Assembly: GCA_033551855.1 (NCBI GenBank)
Contig: JAWSUI010000011.1
Coordinates: 1 to 64,000, forward strand
Direction: 5' to 3'
DNA from: Deferrisomatales bacterium
Lineage (GTDB): Bacteria > Desulfobacterota > Deferrisomatia > Deferrisomatales > JACRMM01
DNA: 64,000 nucleotides
Shown here: piece by piece, positions 28,041 through 37,135 of the stretch
Layout: each line of letters opens with the position of its first letter
How positions within the stretch are numbered: position 1 is the first letter of the stretch
Translations under genes and position numbers: made by a program
The notes under the pieces: model-generated
Databases searched by the model: none
Told to the model about the DNA's origin: nothing
The model's input: the letters and a program-made list of their open reading frames with translations, nothing else

Positions 28041-28986
28041 GATCCGGGGCGTCAGCCGTCATTATCCCGTGGGGGGGGGCCTCCTGGGGCGCAAGCGCTG
28101 GCTCCGGGCCGTGGAGGGCCTGGACCTCGAGGTGGAGCAGGGGGAGACCCTCGCCCTGGTGGGGGAGTCGGGCTGCGGCAAGAGCACCCTCGCGAGGTTG
28201 CTGCTTAGGCTGGAGGAACCCACCCGGGGTACGATACGCTACCGAGAGCAGGACCTCTGGGGGCTGGACGCCGCCGGGGTGCGCCGGTTCCGCCGGGAGG
28301 TCCAGATGGTGTTCCAGGATCCGTACGCATCCCTGAACCCCCGGATGAAGGTGCGGGACATCGTGGGCGAGGGGCTCGCCATCCATCGGATCGGGACGCG
28401 GGCGCAGAGGCGAGGCCGGGTGGAGGGCTTGCTGGCCCAGGTGGGGCTGCCCCAGGAGGCGGCCCTGGCGTATCCCCACGAGTTCAGCGGAGGACAGCGG
28501 CAGAGGATCGGCATCGCCCGCGCCCTGGCGGTCGAGCCCCGATTGCTGGTGGCGGACGAGCCCGTATCGGCCCTCGACGTCTCGATCCAGGCCCAGATCC
28601 TCAACCTGTTGCAGGACCTGAAGAGGTTGCGTGGCCTGACCTATCTGTTCATCAGCCACGACCTGCGGGTGGTGGAGCACGTGGCCGACCGGGTGGCCGT
28701 CATGTACCTGGGGAGGATCGTGGAGCTCGCATCCACCGAGGGGCTCTTCGCGGCGCCCCTCCACCCGTACACCCAGGCGCTTCTCGCGGCGGTGCTGCCG
28801 ACGGGCGCCGAGACCGGAAGGGAGCTCCGGGTGCTGGAAGGCGACGTGCCGAGCCCCCTCGACCCTCCCCCGGGCTGCCCTTTCCACCCCCGCTGCCCGC
28901 GGGCATGGGGGTTGTGCTCCGAGGAGGTCCCGCCCCCGATGTCCCCGGGGGCGGGACGAAGCGTTTCTTGTCACTTGTATTCCTGA
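28033..28986 (+). CDS. Oligopeptide/dipeptide ABC transporter ATP-binding protein (OppF/DppF-like)
   Basis: [44 protein letters not shown] and GCPFHPRC. Confidence 0.93.
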   Translation: MFEIRGVSRHYPVGGGLLGRKRWLRAVEGLDLEVEQGETLALVGESGCGKSTLARLLLRLEEPTRGTIRYREQDLWGLDAAGVRRFRREVQMVFQDPYASLNPRMKVRDIVGEGLAIHRIGTRAQRRGRVEGLLAQVGLPQEAALAYPHEFSGGQRQRIGIARALAVEPRLLVADEPVSALDVSIQAQILNLLQDLKRLRGLTYLFISHDLRVVEHVADRVAVMYLGRIVELASTEGLFAAPLHPYTQALLAAVLPTGAETGRELRVLEGDVPSPLDPPPGCPFHPRCPRAWGLCSEEVPPPMSPGAGRSVSCHLYS

Positions 28987-28993
28987 GGGAGCG

Positions 28994-29605
28994 ATGCGTG
29001 CACTGATTCCGCCCCTGGACACCTGGGAGCGAAAGATCTTCCTCTTGTGCGTGGCTGCCAGCGTCGCGGTCCACGCCGGCTTCGTCTGGTTTGCGGCGCC
29101 CCGCCCGGAGCGGCAGGCGGAGGCTGCCCCCGTCAGCGCCCTGGCGGAGCGCTACGCCCAGGCGGTGAACCGGGCCACCGATCTGGACCACGGGCAGAAG
29201 TCCCGCCTCACGGCCGTATTGGATCGGGTTCCTGCCCGGAGCTGGTCCCTGGGGGAGCTCGGGCAGACCGTCCAGTGGGTCTCGAAGGACCTGGGCTTCC
29301 CGGTGAAGGACGCGGACGTCGTCCGGGCGCTGGACGCCCAGCGCTCCCGGGAAGGCCGCTGGGATCTGCGGGTGTGGCTGGAGTGGGGGGAGGATCGAGA
29401 CGCCGCCGATCTTCTGGCCCTGGCGTTTCTGGCCGGGGAGGGCACCCTCAAGAGCGACTTCGGCTCCCACCGCCTGTGGGTGCACCTGGTCACCCGGGAC
29501 GGGGAGGGGCGGGTGGCTTTCGAGACGATGGACTGCCGGCTCTACCGGGCCGGGAGGATGGAGGCCTCGGACCTCCTCCACCGGTCCGCTTGGTTCCAGC
29601 CCTGA
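28994..29605 (+). CDS. Hypothetical protein with an N-terminal membrane anchor
   Basis: GAGGGAG RBS, hydrophobic IFLLCVAASVAVHAGFVWF segment and host-like codon usage. Confidence 0.65.
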   Translation: MRALIPPLDTWERKIFLLCVAASVAVHAGFVWFAAPRPERQAEAAPVSALAERYAQAVNRATDLDHGQKSRLTAVLDRVPARSWSLGELGQTVQWVSKDLGFPVKDADVVRALDAQRSREGRWDLRVWLEWGEDRDAADLLALAFLAGEGTLKSDFGSHRLWVHLVTRDGEGRVAFETMDCRLYRAGRMEASDLLHRSAWFQP

Positions 29606-29614
29606 CGGCGCGGG

Positions 29615-29925
29615 GTGCGTGCCCCGCCGCCGTCGAAACCCCTGGTCAGGGAACTGACCGACCAGGGGTTCGAGAGCCCCCACCTGGACCGCCTGCGCCG
29701 CAGTGTGAACGTGGACCCGTCCCACCGGGAGCTGGAAAGGGAGATCCTCCAGGAAATGGAGGCCGCCCTGGGGCGGGCCGAGGACCGGGTGAACCTGGCC
29801 CTCCTGGAGCTCGAGGTCCCGGAGCGGGAGCTGGGCCGTCTCGAGGCGGAGGGTTCCGCCGAGGCGTGCGAGGGGGGTGTTGCCGCGTACAACCCGGGGC
29901 GGGAGGTTGCCCTGCGGCGAGGGCC
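29615..29925 (+). pseudogene. Probable 3'-truncated helical hypothetical protein
   Basis: Protein-like to about residue 100 (LEREILQEMEAALGRAEDRVNLALLEL..YN..RE.A), then runs into low-complexity off-frame sequence overlapping the next gene. Confidence 0.45.
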
Positions 29926-29946
29926 GGGGGGGAGAAAGGAACCGCG

Positions 29947-30315
29947 GTGTCGGTTCGCTTCGTGGGGGAACGGCTTCGGCCGCTGTCGCGCACCGCGGAC
30001 ACGTCCTGCCTGGCCGCGGGGGCGCCGGGCCTGCCCCTGCGATTTCTCTGGAGGGACGTCGCCATCGACGTCGCCCGGGTGCGCCGCACCTGGCGGGAGA
30101 CCGGAGCCTGCGTCCACGGCAGCGGGGAACGGTACGTGCGGCGGCATTGGTTCGAGGTGATCGCAGCGACCGGCGAGGTGTTCACGCTGTACTTCGAGCG
30201 CCGGGCCCGCCGGGGGGAAAGAAAGCGGGGCCGGTGGTGGTTGTACGGCATCGCCTGCGAAGGGGAGGGTGTCGTCGTCGCGCCTGGTTGCCGGCCGAAC
30301 CCGGGGGAGCGATGA
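29947..30315 (+). CDS. DUF6504-family protein
   Basis: FVGE.L.P, GAPGLPLRFLWR, GSGERYVRRHWFEV, LYFER and WWLY. AAGGA RBS. Confidence 0.7.
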   Translation: MSVRFVGERLRPLSRTADTSCLAAGAPGLPLRFLWRDVAIDVARVRRTWRETGACVHGSGERYVRRHWFEVIAATGEVFTLYFERRARRGERKRGRWWLYGIACEGEGVVVAPGCRPNPGER

Positions 30316-30428
30316 GACGCCCCGGGGGACCGGGAAGCGGCCGGCAGGGGCCGCGGCAATCGGCCTCCCTTGGGAAACGGCGGGGCAGGCCGTCCCCACT
30401 GCCCGTCGCGTGGTGAACGGGACGGGAT

Positions 30429-31406
30429 CTAGACGTGGTTTCGGAGCTGGAGCTCGACGGGGTGGGGCTGCAGGTAGGTCTGCAGCTTGAGGTAGGACTG
30501 GTCGTACTTGCGCACGTAGTGGTTGATGAGCGTGACCGGTACGACAAGGGGCACGAGCTGGGTGCGGTACTGGTCGATGACCTCCAGGAGCTCCGCCTTC
30601 TCTCCGGGGGTCAGCTGCTTCTTGAAGTAGCCGAGGGCGTGCTGGAGGACGTTGGCGTTCTTCTTTGGCGTGGCTTTGAGGCGCAGGGCGTCCACGAGAA
30701 GCTCCTCGTACCGGCGGTAGAGCTCCTCGGTGGGGTACTCCCTGGCGGCCGCCACGAGTCGGCCCAGGGCCTGATAGTGCCGGGGGCTGTGGGAGAGGAC
30801 GAGGAACTTCTCGCGGGTGTGGAAGTCCATCAACGTCCCGCGGTTCCGTCCCTGGGCCGCGGTTCGGCGCCAGCGGCGGTACGCGAAGATCCTCTCGACG
30901 AAGTTCTCCCGGAGCACGGGGTCGTGGAGACGGCCTTCCTCCTCCACCGCGAGCAAAGGAAAGGAATCGATGAGGGCCCGGGCGAAGAGCCCGACTCCGA
31001 CTTTCTCGGGCATCCCCCCGTCGGTGTACACCTTGACCCGCTCCATGCCGCTGGAGGGGGACCCGCTCTTGAACACGAACCCGCACAGGTCCTCGGCCTC
31101 CAACTCGCACACTCTCCGGCGGGCCCACGCGAGCATGCGCTCGGTGTGGTCCACCGCCGTGCGCTGGGTGACCAGGCGGGGGTGCTCCGGGTCGCCCACC
31201 AGCCGCATCGCCTCCCGGGGTACCGGGAAGCCGCACTCCACCTCCGGGCAGACGGGAACCCACTCCACGTAGCGGCCCAGGGTGTCTCGCAGATAGCGGT
31301 CGAGCTTGTGCTGGCCGTCGTATCGGACGGCCTCCCCCAGGAGGCACGAGCTGATGCCCAGGCGAATCCTGTCCGAGGCAGGGGCGGCGGGGGTCGGCGT
31401 GCTCAT
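30429..31406 (-). CDS. DUF523 (2-thiouracil desulfurase-like) plus DUF1722 (YbgA) protein
   Basis: GISSCLLGEAVRYDG, VCPEVECG.PVPRE, KSGSPSSG, EEEGRL.DP.LRENF, NVLQH..GYFK and YL..Q.YL.P.P. Confidence 0.92.
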   Translation of the reverse strand: MSTPTPAAPASDRIRLGISSCLLGEAVRYDGQHKLDRYLRDTLGRYVEWVPVCPEVECGFPVPREAMRLVGDPEHPRLVTQRTAVDHTERMLAWARRRVCELEAEDLCGFVFKSGSPSSGMERVKVYTDGGMPEKVGVGLFARALIDSFPLLAVEEEGRLHDPVLRENFVERIFAYRRWRRTAAQGRNRGTLMDFHTREKFLVLSHSPRHYQALGRLVAAAREYPTEELYRRYEELLVDALRLKATPKKNANVLQHALGYFKKQLTPGEKAELLEVIDQYRTQLVPLVVPVTLINHYVRKYDQSYLKLQTYLQPHPVELQLRNHV

Positions 31407-31608
31407 GGCGGCGTTCCTCTCGGGGTGGCAAGGGGAGAGCTGCTACACAGTGTGCCTGGGCCGGGCGTCATCGCCAAGCCGGCCAGGTAGAGACAACGCG
31501 GGTTTGACGGGAGCCGCCAGGCTCGCCTACCTTGACGCGCGCCTGGGCCGGTCGATCCCCGATGGGGGAACCGGTCATCTCCCGGGGGGCCCCGAGGAGG
31601 GAGTTGCC

Positions 31609-32217
31609 GTGACACACCCGCTTCGCGTCGAGGCGTTCTCGGGGGAGAGGGTGCACCCCCTCATCTCGGACCTTGCGCGGCTCCGCATCACCGTCTTCCG
31701 AGAGTTTCCCTACCTCTACGACGGCAGCCTGGAATACGAGCAGCGCTATCTCCGGCACCTGTCCCGCTCGGCCGGGAGCGTGGTGGTGGGGGTTCTCGAC
31801 GGCGCCCGCCTCGTGGGGGCCTCCACCGGCATGCCCCTGGCGGATGAGGCGGAGGGGCTCCAGCAGCCGTTGTTGGAGGGGGGCTTCGACCTCGAGACCG
31901 TCTTCTACTGCGCCGAGTCGGTGTTGCTTCGCCCCTACCGGGGCCGGGGGATGTATCGGGCGTTCTTTGCCGAGAGGGAGGCCCACGCCCGGAGGTTGGG
32001 GTTCTCGTGGTCCGTTTTCTGCGCGGTGGAACGTCCTGCCGACCACCCGCGCCGCCCTCCCGGGTACACCCCCCTCGACGGGATCTGGATGCGTCTGGGC
32101 TACACCCTCCGCCCGGACCTGCGCGCGGAGCTCTCTTGGCGGGACCTGGACGAGGAGGCAGAGACCCCGAAGCCCATGGTCTACTGGTTGAAGCCCCTGG
32201 AAGAGGGCAGAGGCTGA
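31609..32217 (+). CDS. GNAT family N-acetyltransferase
   Basis: LARLRITVFREFPYLYDG, VGASTG.P, ESVLL..YRGRG, FCAV.RP.DHP and W.D.DE..ET.KPM. GAGGAGG RBS. Confidence 0.88.
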   Translation: MTHPLRVEAFSGERVHPLISDLARLRITVFREFPYLYDGSLEYEQRYLRHLSRSAGSVVVGVLDGARLVGASTGMPLADEAEGLQQPLLEGGFDLETVFYCAESVLLRPYRGRGMYRAFFAEREAHARRLGFSWSVFCAVERPADHPRRPPGYTPLDGIWMRLGYTLRPDLRAELSWRDLDEEAETPKPMVYWLKPLEEGRG

Positions 32218-32225
32218 AGGCCCCC

Positions 32226-33488
32226 GTGTCCATCCTCCCAGCCGGCCCGTCAGGGCCGCCGGCGGTCTCTCGGCGAGCCGGGCTCCGAGCCCTCGGTGCA
32301 GCCTGCCTGGCCGTCGCGTGGCCGGGAGCCCTGATCTTCGGGTACCCCGGGGTCATGGGCCCCCACTGGCAGGAGGCCCTGGGGTTGAGTCGGGCCGCCG
32401 TGGGGGGCACCTTGTTCTTCGTCCTCGCTGCGGTGGGCGCCTTCATGCTGCCGGTGGGGCGCCTGCAGGCGCGGTTGGGCACCGGGCGTCTCGTCCTCGC
32501 GGGCGAGGCGCTGACCGCGGCGAGCCTCCTGTTGACGGCGGCCCCCTCCGGGGCCTGGAGCCTCTATGCATGGGGCTTTGCCGTGGGAACCGCGTCGTGC
32601 CTGGTCTACCTGCCCAGTCTGACCGCAGTGCAACTCTGGTTTCCCCGGCAGAGGGGTCTGGCCTCCGGGGTCCTGAACCTGTGTTTCGCGGGCTCTGCGG
32701 CCCTCGCCGCACCGGCCCTGGGCTGGGCGGTGGCCGGGTTCGGGTACGGGGCGGCCCACTACGCGCTGGCGATTCTCGTCCTGGTGGCCGGCGGGGCGGC
32801 GGCGAGGGGGGTGGCGCCGCCCCTCCCCCCCGGGGGACGGCCCGCGCCCTCGGATGCCTCCGTACCCCGGAGTCTCGCCGAGATCGTCCGCACGCGGGCT
32901 TTCTGGCTCCTCTGGTCGACCTGGGCCCTGCAGGGCGCGGCGGGGATCGCCATGGTGACGCTGGCGGTGCCCCTGGGGCTGGCCCGCGGGGCTTCCCTGG
33001 CCGGAGCCGTCTTCGTGCTCACCTGCTTCAATCTGGCCAACGGAGGCAGCCGGGTGGTGGTGGGCCTGCTCTCCGATCGGGTGGGCCGTCGGCCCGTCCT
33101 GTGTGTCGCGTTCCTCGGCGCCGGGGCCGCCTACTTCGGACTTCCCGCGGTGGACACCGTGGGCGCCACGGCGATCCTCGCGGCGGGGGTCGGGGTGGCG
33201 TTCGGCACCCTCTTCACGGTCTCGGCCCCCCTCGCGGTGGAGTGCTTCGGCGCGGCCCACTTCGGGTCGGTCCTTGGGCTGGTGTTCACAGCCTACGGGT
33301 TCCTTTCGGGGCTCCTGGGCCCGTGGGTCAGCGGGCTGCTCCTCGACCGGGGCGGCGGGGACCCGCTCTTGCCCTGCCTGTACCTGGGTGCCCTGTGCTG
33401 GGTATCGGCCCTCTTGATCCTCGGGGTGCGGCCCCGCGGCGGGCAAGGCTCCGGGACGGGGGGCACGCGGGGGGAGACGCGACGTTGA
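32226..33488 (+). CDS. MFS transporter (oxalate/formate antiporter-like)
   Basis: About 12 hydrophobic segments, WFPRQRGLASG, TRAFWLLW, NGGSR...GLLSDRVGR and FGAAHFGS. Confidence 0.85.
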   Translation: MSILPAGPSGPPAVSRRAGLRALGAACLAVAWPGALIFGYPGVMGPHWQEALGLSRAAVGGTLFFVLAAVGAFMLPVGRLQARLGTGRLVLAGEALTAASLLLTAAPSGAWSLYAWGFAVGTASCLVYLPSLTAVQLWFPRQRGLASGVLNLCFAGSAALAAPALGWAVAGFGYGAAHYALAILVLVAGGAAARGVAPPLPPGGRPAPSDASVPRSLAEIVRTRAFWLLWSTWALQGAAGIAMVTLAVPLGLARGASLAGAVFVLTCFNLANGGSRVVVGLLSDRVGRRPVLCVAFLGAGAAYFGLPAVDTVGATAILAAGVGVAFGTLFTVSAPLAVECFGAAHFGSVLGLVFTAYGFLSGLLGPWVSGLLLDRGGGDPLLPCLYLGALCWVSALLILGVRPRGGQGSGTGGTRGETRR

Positions 33489-33940
33489 CGGCACGTCCGT
33501 CGGCCCGTGGCGAGATTCTGGCTCTGCCGCAGCGCCGGGACCGGGCTTGGGAAGACCAGGATCGGCGCGGGGCGGCCGGGCACTTCGCCGCCGACGCGGC
33601 GCTCGAGAGCCGGACCGGCGCCCGGGTCGAACGAGGGGAGGCGCTGGAGCGGGCCCGGCGAACGTGGCTCGAGGGGGCGCACGTTTGCTTCGAGGAGGAG
33701 GAGACCGTCGTGGACGAGACCGGGCACAAGGCGCTCCACCCGTGGAATCTGCGGCGACCCTTCCGGGACACCGGCGGGGAGGGCCACTCCGAGGTGCGCC
33801 GAGGGGTGGACATGGTCCCCTTCCAGGGGGGGGCGGTCGGGCGCAAGCCCACCCGTTCGGAGACCTCCGTCGCGACGGGGGAAGTGCGGGTGCGGCTCGT
33901 CGGCCGGGCCTCCGGGAGCCGCAGAGGGGGTGGCCGATGA
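33485..33940 (+). pseudogene. Degenerate SnoaL-like/NTF2-family protein (frame still open)
   Basis: RAWEDQD...HFAADA.LE..TG.RV, FEEEETVVDE...K.L..W and RRGVDMVPFQGG.V..K.T.S follow the NTF2/SnoaL layout, but many normally hydrophobic or aromatic positions are replaced. It fills the MFS-corA gap and overlaps both genes. Confidence 0.55.
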
Positions 33941-34998
33941 GCGCGGTTCGGGAGCGATCGGCCAAGACGGGCCTGCCGCCCGGGACCCTCGTGCACATCG
34001 GGGAGCCGGCAGCCGGCCCCTCCACCGTTTCCCTGTTGGAGTATGGGCCCGACGGATTCGAGGAGCGCGCCCTCGCCGGGATGCAGGAGGTCGCCGCGTG
34101 CCTGGAGACCCCGGCCGTGAGCTGGATCCGCGTGTGCGGCGTCCACGACGTGGACGCCGTGGCCCGGGTGGGCTCGGCGCTCGGCCTTCATCCCCTGGTC
34201 CAGGAGGACATCGTCAACACCCGACAGAGGCCGAAGGCCGAGATCTACGACGACCATCTCTTCGTGGTGCTCCAGATGATCCGCTACGACGCCGAGGCCG
34301 CGCGCCTGGACACCGAGCAGGTGAGCCTGATCCTCGGGCCGCGGTATGTCGTGACGTTCCAGGAGCGTCCCGGCGACGTCTTCGAGGCCGTGCGCCAGCG
34401 CATCCGTTCCGGGAAGGGGCGGATGCGGCGCCAGGGACCCGACTACCTCGCCCACGCCCTCATGGATGTGGTGGTCGATCACTACTTCCTGGCCCTCGAG
34501 GCCCTGGAGGACCAGCTCGAGGACCTGGAGGAGGCCCTGCTCCAGAAACCGGGACCCGAGACCCTGAAGGCCATCCACGACCTCAAGCGGGTCATGGTGG
34601 CGCTGCGCAAGGGGGTCTGGCCCCTGAGGGAGCTCCTCTCGAACTTGGAACGCAGCGAGTCGGAGCTCATCGCCCCCTCGACCCGCCCGTACTTCCGGGA
34701 CATCTACGACCACTCCATCCAGGTGATCGACACGGTGGAGAGCTTCCGGGACGTGCTCTCCGGGTACCTGGACATCTACCTGACCAGCGTCAGCAACCGG
34801 ATGAACGAGATCATGAAGGTTCTGACCGTCGTCGCCACCGTGTTCATCCCCCTGACCTTCATCGCCGGGGTGTACGGCATGAACTTCGAGCACATGCCGG
34901 AGCTCGGGTGGCGCTGGGCGTATCCGGCCCTCTGGGGGGTCATGGTCGTGCTGGGGGGGGGGATGCTTCTCGTGTTCCGAAGGAAGAACTGGCTGTGA
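33937..34998 (+). CDS. corA: Magnesium/cobalt transporter CorA
   Basis: GLPPGTLVHIG, LHPLVQEDI, EQVSLILG, YFRDIYDH, MNEIMKVLT and the YGMNF signature. Confidence 0.96.
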   Translation: MSAVRERSAKTGLPPGTLVHIGEPAAGPSTVSLLEYGPDGFEERALAGMQEVAACLETPAVSWIRVCGVHDVDAVARVGSALGLHPLVQEDIVNTRQRPKAEIYDDHLFVVLQMIRYDAEAARLDTEQVSLILGPRYVVTFQERPGDVFEAVRQRIRSGKGRMRRQGPDYLAHALMDVVVDHYFLALEALEDQLEDLEEALLQKPGPETLKAIHDLKRVMVALRKGVWPLRELLSNLERSESELIAPSTRPYFRDIYDHSIQVIDTVESFRDVLSGYLDIYLTSVSNRMNEIMKVLTVVATVFIPLTFIAGVYGMNFEHMPELGWRWAYPALWGVMVVLGGGMLLVFRRKNWL

Positions 34999-35042
34999 GG
35001 GGACCGCGGCGCCGGGAGGGGTGGCCCGGCCCCGCGAGGGAA

Positions 35043-35086
35043 CGGCGGCCCCCCCCGCGTGTCCTGACCTGCCGGGGGGGCCGCCG
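35043..35086. terminator. GC-rich hairpin between the convergent corA and DUF481 genes
   Basis: 13-bp inverted repeat CGGCGGCCCCCCC / GGGGGGGCCGCCG. No U-tract. Confidence 0.45.
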
Positions 35087-35101
35087 CCGATCCTTCGGAA
35101 C

Positions 35102-35824
35102 TCAGAAATCGACGATCAGGGACGTGAGAAAGGTCCGGTCCGTGTTCTTCGCACCCTCCGGCGGATCGTTCTGGTACGCGACCAGGTAGCTCAGGCCGAG
35201 GGAGATGTTGCTGTTGACCTTGACCTCGAGCCCGGTCTGGGAGTGGAGGAAGTAGAGTCCCGCATCCTCCAGGGAGACCAGGTAATCCACATACTGTTTG
35301 AAGGCCAGGTTCTCCAGGATCTGCCAAGCATAATCACCGGCGAGCTTCGCCGTTGCGTAGGAGTCGTCGGTACCGTCGGTGTAATTGTCCCAGGTGTAAA
35401 GCAGGGAGGCCAACCCTTTGAGCGACTGGGCCTCGGTCTTCAGGATGTCGTAGCCCACGCCCGGGCCCAACTGGATCTTCGAGTCGAAGCCGGCGAACGT
35501 ATCCTTGAGGTAGCTCGCTTCCACGAAGGCGAAGAAGCGCTCCGTGAGGCTTCGCTCGTAGCGGCCGTCCGCGAGCCATCGGCTGGACGTCTGCTCACCG
35601 TCGGTCTCCGCGAAGAGGACGGCGCCCCGCAGGAAGTAGCGGTTCAGTCCTTGCTCGTACGAGCCCTTGAGCTGCCCTGCGAGCGTCTGGGTGTCGGTGT
35701 TGCCGCTGGTGTGGACGTAGCTGGCCTCCGCGCGCGCCTGGAACGCGGCGTCCTCCGCAGCGGAGGGGTGGGCGAGCGCGGCGACGGCCGCGGCCGCCAA
35801 GGCGGTGCGGACGAGGGGGTGCAT
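35102..35824 (-). CDS. DUF481/YdiY-family outer-membrane beta-barrel protein
   Basis: Signal peptide, SYVHTSGNTDT, D.FAG.D, GPGVGY, alternating beta strands and C-terminal Phe. GGAGGAG RBS. Confidence 0.88.
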   Translation of the reverse strand: MHPLVRTALAAAAVAALAHPSAAEDAAFQARAEASYVHTSGNTDTQTLAGQLKGSYEQGLNRYFLRGAVLFAETDGEQTSSRWLADGRYERSLTERFFAFVEASYLKDTFAGFDSKIQLGPGVGYDILKTEAQSLKGLASLLYTWDNYTDGTDDSYATAKLAGDYAWQILENLAFKQYVDYLVSLEDAGLYFLHSQTGLEVKVNSNISLGLSYLVAYQNDPPEGAKNTDRTFLTSLIVDF

Positions 35825-36045
35825 GGGCTCCTCCATTCGTGGTTTGACTCGATACGGCAGCGACGGATCCCCGAAGGGGCGGCAGCCTAGCAGAAACGTC
35901 AGCCGCGTCCAACTCGCTGCCATCCCCCCGCTGCCGTATCACGAGACCAGCATCCTCCAACGGCCGCGTTTTCGCGGGGCGGCGAGGGGCCCCCGCGCCC
36001 CCGGCCACTGCCCGGACGGCCGGTCCTGGGGCAAACGAAACCATG

Positions 36046-36073
36046 TTGACAGTGCCGGGCCGTTGCCTATAAT
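36046..36073 (+). promoter_or_regulatory. Consensus sigma70 promoter of tRNA-Gly
   Basis: TTGACA-N16-TATAAT followed by the GC-rich discriminator GGGCGCC. Confidence 0.85.
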
Positions 36074-36086
36074 GGGCGCCACTTCG

Positions 36087-36162
36087 GCGGGCGTAACTCA
36101 GTTGGTAGAGTATCAGCTTCCCAAGCTGAGGGTCGCGAGTTCGAGTCTCGTCGCCCGCTCCA
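36087..36162 (+). tRNA. tRNA-Gly (anticodon CCC)
   Basis: Acceptor stem GCGGGCG/CGCCCGC, D-arm with TGGTA, anticodon loop TTCCCAA, T-loop TTCGAGT and encoded CCA; 76 nt. Confidence 0.97.
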
Positions 36163-36273
36163 CGCCGTCATCGACGCCCCGGCCCCGGCCGGGGCGTCTT
36201 GCGTGTGGCCCACGGCCTTCCCCCCCTGATTCCGTCCCCGGCCGGGCGCCTTGGGGCGACGGGTCCCTTTTTC

Positions 36274-36477
36274 CGGCTCTTCCGGTAAACGACCGGGTGG
36301 GCCCGCCCCCTCCGGCGGACAATCCCGGACTGTACGGTAGGTGCGCTCCCGCGCCGCATCCGGAACCCTCGCTGCATCGCGGCTCCCGGCGTGGCTGCTC
36401 CCGTCGAGCGGCCGTCCGCCTGCGTGGCCGGGCCCACCCGGTCGTCCCTGGACACGAGTACCCGGTCATTTCCCGGA
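36274..36477 (-). ncRNA. Structured intergenic element, 6S RNA-like, copy 2
   Basis: Inverted repeat AACGACCGGGTGGGCCCG (36288-36305) / CGGGCCCACCCGGTCGTC (36429-36446). Same 159-nt span and internal motifs as 16134-16292. Confidence 0.6.
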
Positions 36478-36483
36478 CGAACC
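36458..36483 (-). promoter_or_regulatory. Candidate alternative-sigma promoter (GGTT-N16-GGGTAC) for repeat element copy 2
   Basis: Same position and spacing as the motif at 16097-16122. Confidence 0.3.
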
Positions 36484-36765
36484 CTTCTCCCGGCTGTTCG
36501 GGGTTTGACTGCCGTACGCGAGGACGGCCGGGTGGGTCCGACGGCGTCGGCGGACGCCCGGGCGGGTCGGCCCGTGAACCCCCGGCTGCGACACCGGTGC
36601 CCAAAAAGCTCTCCACAAAAGCTCAAAAGGCTCTTGTGTCGCCACCAAACGCTGTGTTACGAGTCGTCGGGTCTGAAATCGGGGCGCGAAGGGGTGCCCC
36701 GGCACCGGTGGGTTCTCGGAGGACCAACGGGCTGTGGGAGCCCGCTGCGAGAGGAGGGAGACGGC

Positions 36766-37041
36766 ATGACCAAGAAGGATCTGGTTGGGAAGATGGCGGA
36801 GAGCGCCGGCGTCAGCAAGGCGACGGCGGAAAAGGCGTTGGCGGGGGCCTTGACGGCCATGGAACAGGCCCTGAAGAAGGGGGAGAAGGTGTCTCTCGTG
36901 GGCTTCGGTACGTTCACCACCGTCGAGCGCAAGGCCCGGCAGGGGCGCAACCCCCAGACCGGCAAGGCCATCCGGATCAAAGCCAGGAAGGCGGTCCGCT
37001 TCAAGGCCGGGAAGCGTCTGGCAGACAAGGTCAAGAAGTAG
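36766..37041 (+). CDS. hup: DNA-binding protein HU
   Basis: MTKKDLV, VSLVGFGTF, RKARQGRNPQTG and FKAGK.L; 91 aa. GAGGAGG RBS. Confidence 0.95.
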   Translation: MTKKDLVGKMAESAGVSKATAEKALAGALTAMEQALKKGEKVSLVGFGTFTTVERKARQGRNPQTGKAIRIKARKAVRFKAGKRLADKVKK

Positions 37042-37077
37042 GGGGCCTTCTCACTCCCCTCCCGGGAGGGCGTTACC

Positions 37078-37111
37078 CACGGCCCCTGCGGCGCTCGCCG
37101 CAGGGGCCGTG
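37078..37111. terminator. Strong hairpin between the convergent hup and DHH genes
   Basis: CACGGCCCCTGCGGCG pairs with CGCCGCAGGGGCCGTG around a short loop. Confidence 0.65.
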
Positions 37112-37135
37112 TTCATGACTCGGCGGTGTGCGGCA

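Noticed and set aside
34953..34962. G10 tract in corA (and G9 at 28071-28079 in oppF) as phase-variation switches
   Set aside because: Both are in frame, encode Gly runs in housekeeping genes, and are expected at this GC content.
36087..36500. tRNA-Gly as an integration site for a genomic island
   Set aside because: No integrase and no duplicated tRNA 3' end are visible in the window; the flanks are housekeeping genes.
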